Below are positions 53,843 to 57,807 of a stretch of 57,807 bases of DNA, piece after piece; within the stretch, counting starts at the first letter, position 1; each line of letters opens with the position of its first letter. The notes beneath the pieces are model-generated. The model saw nothing but the letters and a program-made list of their open reading frames with translations. It was not told the DNA's origin and searched no databases. The translations under genes were made by a program, and so were the position numbers. Source of the stretch: an uncultured Gammaproteobacteria bacterium (GTDB taxonomy: Bacteria > Patescibacteriota > Microgenomatia > Daviesbacterales > UBA10151); NCBI GenBank assembly GCA_964422835.1, contig CAYRCR010000004.1:1-57807 (forward strand), in the 5' to 3' direction.

Positions 53843-55236
53843 AAGCGGGGGAAAAGGGCTGGGGCGGATTTTATCTCGCCCGAAAATTGTTTCAATATTT
53901 TTTCCGAAGTTTCGGGTAAAAAGGGTTGAAGGTTATATGCGATATCTTGAATTTCAAAAACTGTTTGAATAAGGAAACTCTTAACATCCTCGCCTTTTAA
54001 GTCCCAAGGTTTTCTTAGGTTAATTTCCTTATCGACCAGTGAGATTTTCTCCCAAATAAGGTATAAGGCATCATTTAATTTAAATTCTTCTAAGGCTAAT
54101 TCTATTGGAACATCAAAATGATCACAAGGTAATTCATTGCCGATATTGATATTATTATTCTCACAAAGTTTAGCCACGCGGGCCACAAGATTACCCAAAC
54201 CATTGGCCAGATCACTATTATATTTTTCATCAAACCAGGGAAAATCAACATCAGTGTCAGTGGAATATGGCATACTGGCGGTCAAAAGGTAACGTGTCCC
54301 ATCAACTCCATATTTTCCAAGCAGGTTTTCGGCAGATATAGCATTTCCCAGTGACTTTCCTACTTTTTTGCCGCCAATATTGTAATAACCGGTAACAAAA
54401 ATCTTCTTAGGTAAAGGTAATTTTAAGGCAAGTAAAAGTGCTGGCCAGATTACAGAATGAAACCAATTGTTGCCTTTACCAAGAAAATGTAAATCAGCCG
54501 GCCAAAATTCTTCTTTTTTGTATATTTTGGTGGCACTAAAATAATTTATTAAGGCTTCTACCCAAACATAGACAGTTTGTATCTCGTCCCAAGGAAGTTT
54601 TATTCCCCATGGCACATTTTGCCTGGAAATTGATAGGTCGCGAACCTCCTCTTCAAGTCTGGCCAGAATTTCTTTTCTTTTACTTTCCGGTTCCAATGGA
54701 ATTATCCCATCGGCAATACCTTTTTTAATTTCTGGAATGTACTTTGACAATTTGAAGAAATAATTTTCTTCTTCTTTTTGGCAAACTTGATCAGGGTGGT
54801 GTTCCGGACAAAGACCATTAACTAAATCGCGGTCGGCTTTAAACTCCTCACAGCCGATACAATAAACTCCCTTGTAGGTCGCTCTATAAATATCGCCATT
54901 TTCCTTTAATTGGGTTAATAGTTCCCCGACTATCTTGGCGTGTTCGGGGTTAGTGGTTCGCATAAAAATATCATATTTAATGTTTAGTTTTTCCCAATAT
55001 GATTGCCATTTTTTAGCCAGCTCATCTACAAATTGTTGGGGGTCTTTCTTGGCTTTTTGGGCGGCCAGTGCCACTTTTTCTCCGTGTTCATCCAGCCCTG
55101 TTAGAAAAAGGATATCTTCACCCTGAAGTTTATGATAGCGGGCAATAATATCTGAAAAAACGGTCGTGGCGATATGCCCAATATGCGGGTTGTCGTTGGC
55201 GTAATAAATTGGCGTTGTTATGTAATATTTGTTCAT
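53839..55236 (-). CDS. metG: Methionine--tRNA ligase (minimal form)
   Basis: 'YYITTPIYYANDNPHIGH' is the HIGH region, 'CIGCEEF...CPEH' is the zinc knuckle and 'KVGKSLGN' is the KMSKS motif. Confidence 0.9.
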   Translation of the reverse strand: MNKYYITTPIYYANDNPHIGHIATTVFSDIIARYHKLQGEDILFLTGLDEHGEKVALAAQKAKKDPQQFVDELAKKWQSYWEKLNIKYDIFMRTTNPEHAKIVGELLTQLKENGDIYRATYKGVYCIGCEEFKADRDLVNGLCPEHHPDQVCQKEEENYFFKLSKYIPEIKKGIADGIIPLEPESKRKEILARLEEEVRDLSISRQNVPWGIKLPWDEIQTVYVWVEALINYFSATKIYKKEEFWPADLHFLGKGNNWFHSVIWPALLLALKLPLPKKIFVTGYYNIGGKKVGKSLGNAISAENLLGKYGVDGTRYLLTASMPYSTDTDVDFPWFDEKYNSDLANGLGNLVARVAKLCENNNINIGNELPCDHFDVPIELALEEFKLNDALYLIWEKISLVDKEINLRKPWDLKGEDVKSFLIQTVFEIQDIAYNLQPFLPETSEKILKQFSGEIKSAPALFPRL

Positions 55237-55255
55237 GATGTGTATTTTAAAACAC

Positions 55256-55627
55256 TCATCTTTGTTTTGCCAGCTTGGAGATTTTGGGAATTTTCCCCCG
55301 GTAAAATTTTCTGCGGGGTTTTTTAAAAGTCTTTACTAAAAAAATGATGGATAAAATAGTAAGGATTACGGTTAGTATATTAAAGATATCAAGTGTTTTG
55401 ATGACTAAAAGAAGGATAATGCCCAATGTGATAATAAAACTTCGGAGAAAAAACCGGATAAATAAATTTAATATAAAAAATAACAGTAAAAATAAGGGAA
55501 CCCAAAAGACAATTATTTGAAAATAGGAAGCTATATCAAAAGACTTCGGGGGTACGATTTGCCAGATGACCAGACCCAAAATTCCCCCAAAAAATAAAAC
55601 TGGAAAAACCCTTTTCAATATGGGCAT
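55256..55627 (-). CDS. Small membrane protein (123 aa)
   Basis: Four TM helices and a basic C-terminal tail. No motif. Confidence 0.45.
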   Translation of the reverse strand: MPILKRVFPVLFFGGILGLVIWQIVPPKSFDIASYFQIIVFWVPLFLLLFFILNLFIRFFLRSFIITLGIILLLVIKTLDIFNILTVILTILSIIFLVKTFKKPRRKFYRGKIPKISKLAKQR

Positions 55628-55748
55628 ATTCTAATTATAATCCAGACCGGAAGATGTTTACTATGAATATTTGTTCCACTTGGGTAAACGTTACATTTAT
55701 CACTCCTATGGTATATGATATCGTGAATTGTTTATAATCGTCTAGGAT

Positions 55749-56423
55749 ATGGATTCAAATTTCAAAATTACCCATTTTGATCCAAATATTGATTCTGAAG
55801 AATCGTTAAGGGAGGCAGTGGAAAAGGCTTATGCTACTAACCGGGAATTTTTTGGGCAAGATATGGAGATAAGAGTAAACTTTCTTTACACCCGCGAAGA
55901 GATGGATCAACTTTTGAATCAAAAAACTGCGGGATGGGTTGTTGGAAATACAGTCAATAGTGAGGTAAATATATTTAGCCCGGAAGTTTTTGATAAAGTA
56001 TCACCTCATCCTAAAACCAACTTCCCTTTTACTTTGGCACATGAGATGGCCCATTTATTTATACAAAAAGTATGCGGAAGTAGATACCCCAAATGGTTGA
56101 TGGAAGGTTTGCCTGGGCAAGTTGCAGGTCAATATCAAAATAAAAAATTAGCAAAGGAACAAGTCCGTGATTTTGCTACTTTGCATACTCCCCGTGACTG
56201 GGATAATAAGCCGGGTTACTACCAGGCATTTCTATTCACTCATTACCTATTTGAACATTTCGGCAAAGAACAATTGTTGGGATTTTATAAATCTTTAAAG
56301 TGGAATAACTCATATGATGAATTTAAAGAAGAGTTTGCTAAAAAATTTGGGGCCTCATTTGATGATTGCCAAAAAGACTGGGTTGCTACTTTGGAAGACG
56401 AAAATGCTAAAATGACTGCATGA
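55749..56423 (+). CDS. Zinc metallopeptidase-like protein (HExxH, MA clan-like)
   Basis: The 'LAHEMAHLF' motif is present with a downstream 'EG' segment. No signal peptide is visible. Confidence 0.55.
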   Translation: MDSNFKITHFDPNIDSEESLREAVEKAYATNREFFGQDMEIRVNFLYTREEMDQLLNQKTAGWVVGNTVNSEVNIFSPEVFDKVSPHPKTNFPFTLAHEMAHLFIQKVCGSRYPKWLMEGLPGQVAGQYQNKKLAKEQVRDFATLHTPRDWDNKPGYYQAFLFTHYLFEHFGKEQLLGFYKSLKWNNSYDEFKEEFAKKFGASFDDCQKDWVATLEDENAKMTA

Positions 56424-56542
56424 TAATTGTACTTTCATCTAAAGCCAATGAAGATACTTTAAAAAAAGTAGCGGAAGATTTGGATGGTTATATCTGAAGA
56501 AATTAGAAAGCAAGTTGAAGAAATTGTGAGGAGCTTACTTAG

Positions 56543-56827
56543 ATGAATGCCCAAGATTTAACTTTAAACATTGCTGTTAATTTAAATAGATTATCCAAGT
56601 TTGCTTTGGAAAAAAGGCAAAAAAGAGTGAACCAATTTTTAGAAGATACTGATTATTATGTAAATCAGCTGGAGAATGCCCCCAAAAGCGATAGATTTAA
56701 TCCAACTTTTCAGGCCTTTAGAAATAAATTTTATCAATTAAAAAAGGATGTTATCCTGGATGAATATTGGGCAGAAGATATGCTCACCTGGGCTAATATC
56801 CTAACCCACAGGGCTAAACTAGCCTAA
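56543..56827 (+). CDS. Hypothetical protein (94 aa)
   Basis: ORF evidence only. The prediction is helical. Confidence 0.4.
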   Translation: MNAQDLTLNIAVNLNRLSKFALEKRQKRVNQFLEDTDYYVNQLENAPKSDRFNPTFQAFRNKFYQLKKDVILDEYWAEDMLTWANILTHRAKLA

Positions 56828-57777
56828 GTCCCCACCACTTCGAAAGTTGAGCCGGAGGGACCTTTTTGAACCTCAACCCGGACTGGAAATTCTTCTTTGA
56901 GTTCTTCCAAGTGGGTAATGACTAAGATTTTTTCAAAATCATCCTTGATGGCATTTAGGGCCTCAACTACCCTGGATCTTCCCTGGGCATCCTGGGTGCC
57001 AAAGCCCTCATCAATTACCAAAAATTGCAGTTTTGCCCCGGCCCGATGTGTTAAGAGTTTTGACAGGGCCAGGCGGATGGCGAAATTGACCCGGAACTGT
57101 TCACCGCCGGAATAGCCTTCATAAGGCCTATCTCCCATCTCGTCCGAGATAATAATATCCAAAGTTTCAATGATGCCTTTTTCCCCCGTTCCGGCAATTT
57201 TGGTCTTGGTTTCTTTTTGGGTTTCAAATCTTATTTTCATCCGGCCATCGGATAATTTATCCAAGAGCCTGTTGGCCTCATCTTCAATTTCCGGAATGGC
57301 AGTTTCAATAATCATCGCCTGGATACCTTTTTTGCCAAAAGCCAGTGAGAGTTCTTCAAAATTTTCTTTATCTTTTTGCAAAATATTTTTTTCCTCATTT
57401 TTTGCCTTTTGTAGTTTTTCCATTTGAGCAGTCCGGGAAATAAGTTCCGTGATTTGTCCCAAAGATCCCCGGGCTTGCTTTTCTTCTTCACGCTTTTCCT
57501 TTAATTCTTTTTCTATTTCTAAAACTAATTGGTCTAATTGGACTAATTTGTCTAATTGGTCAGGAAGGTCTGCCAATTCTTTTTCAAGTGCCTCAACTTG
57601 TGACTTTTTATTTACAAAAAGCGTCCTCATTTCTAAAACTACTTTTTCCTCCGATTGCAAGGTGGCCTGAATTTGTAACATTTCTTCTTTTTGTTTTTGG
57701 GCACTTTCCAGATCCTTTAATTTAATAATTAAGGCTTGGTACCTGGAAGGATCAAAAATTAGGGATTTTAGGGACAT
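56824..57777 (-). CDS. sbcC: SbcC/Rad50-family ATPase, C-terminal half only (coiled coil plus signature motif, Walker B and H-loop)
   Basis: 'YSGGEQFRVNFAIRLAL' is the ABC signature, 'LVIDEGFGTQD' is Walker B with the D-loop, and 'VITHLEE' is the H-loop. The frame is closed by TAG at 57802..57804 upstream, so there is no Walker A head in this ORF. Confidence 0.7.
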   Translation of the reverse strand: MSLKSLIFDPSRYQALIIKLKDLESAQKQKEEMLQIQATLQSEEKVVLEMRTLFVNKKSQVEALEKELADLPDQLDKLVQLDQLVLEIEKELKEKREEEKQARGSLGQITELISRTAQMEKLQKAKNEEKNILQKDKENFEELSLAFGKKGIQAMIIETAIPEIEDEANRLLDKLSDGRMKIRFETQKETKTKIAGTGEKGIIETLDIIISDEMGDRPYEGYSGGEQFRVNFAIRLALSKLLTHRAGAKLQFLVIDEGFGTQDAQGRSRVVEALNAIKDDFEKILVITHLEELKEEFPVRVEVQKGPSGSTFEVVGT

Positions 57778-57807
57778 GCAAGGTTTCGGGAGTTTGTAGA
57801 GCTAGTC

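Overview
The window looks like chromosomal DNA from a small-genome, CPR/Patescibacteria-like bacterium. That placement is an inference from compact gene packing, short aminoacyl-tRNA synthetases, a short YidC and a Gram-positive-type T4SS module. All calls rest on reading the supplied translations and DNA by eye; no database or HMM search was run.

Gene content, in order:
- 1-9.3 kb: a PrgI/VirB4/cell-wall-hydrolase type IV secretion-like module.
- 9.3-15.6 kb: the replication-origin neighbourhood. dnaN and dnaA sit on the minus strand with DnaA-box clusters. rpmH-rnpA-yidD-yidC-jag sit on the plus strand. A MntA/HepT toxin-antitoxin cassette is wedged in at the rpmH start.
- 15.6-25.2 kb: housekeeping and envelope genes (flippase, RNase H, epimerase fusion, L25, valS, tsaD).
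- 25.2-32.1 kb: an AT-rich, partly decayed accessory island. It holds a Bro-N plus Cas4-like nuclease operon. Convergent to that is an operon of an unknown 208-aa protein and a MazG-radical-SAM fusion. A wHTH-Nudix gene is divergent from that operon.
- 32.1-39.8 kb: mixed genes (ThpR, VanW, solute-binding protein, Phd/RelE TA pair, MBL, SGNH, murB).
- 39.9-44.6 kb: a groES...groEL operon split by seven unrecognisable small ORFs, each headed by a copy of the groEL translation-initiation module.
- 44.8-57.8 kb: membrane proteins, an envelope glycosylation cluster, tatD, metG and an SbcC C-terminal fragment.

A roughly 100-bp palindromic MITE-like repeat occurs four times, once in frame inside tsaD. 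Short GC-rich hairpin modules sit in frame in several housekeeping genes. I found no rRNA, tRNA or CRISPR array.
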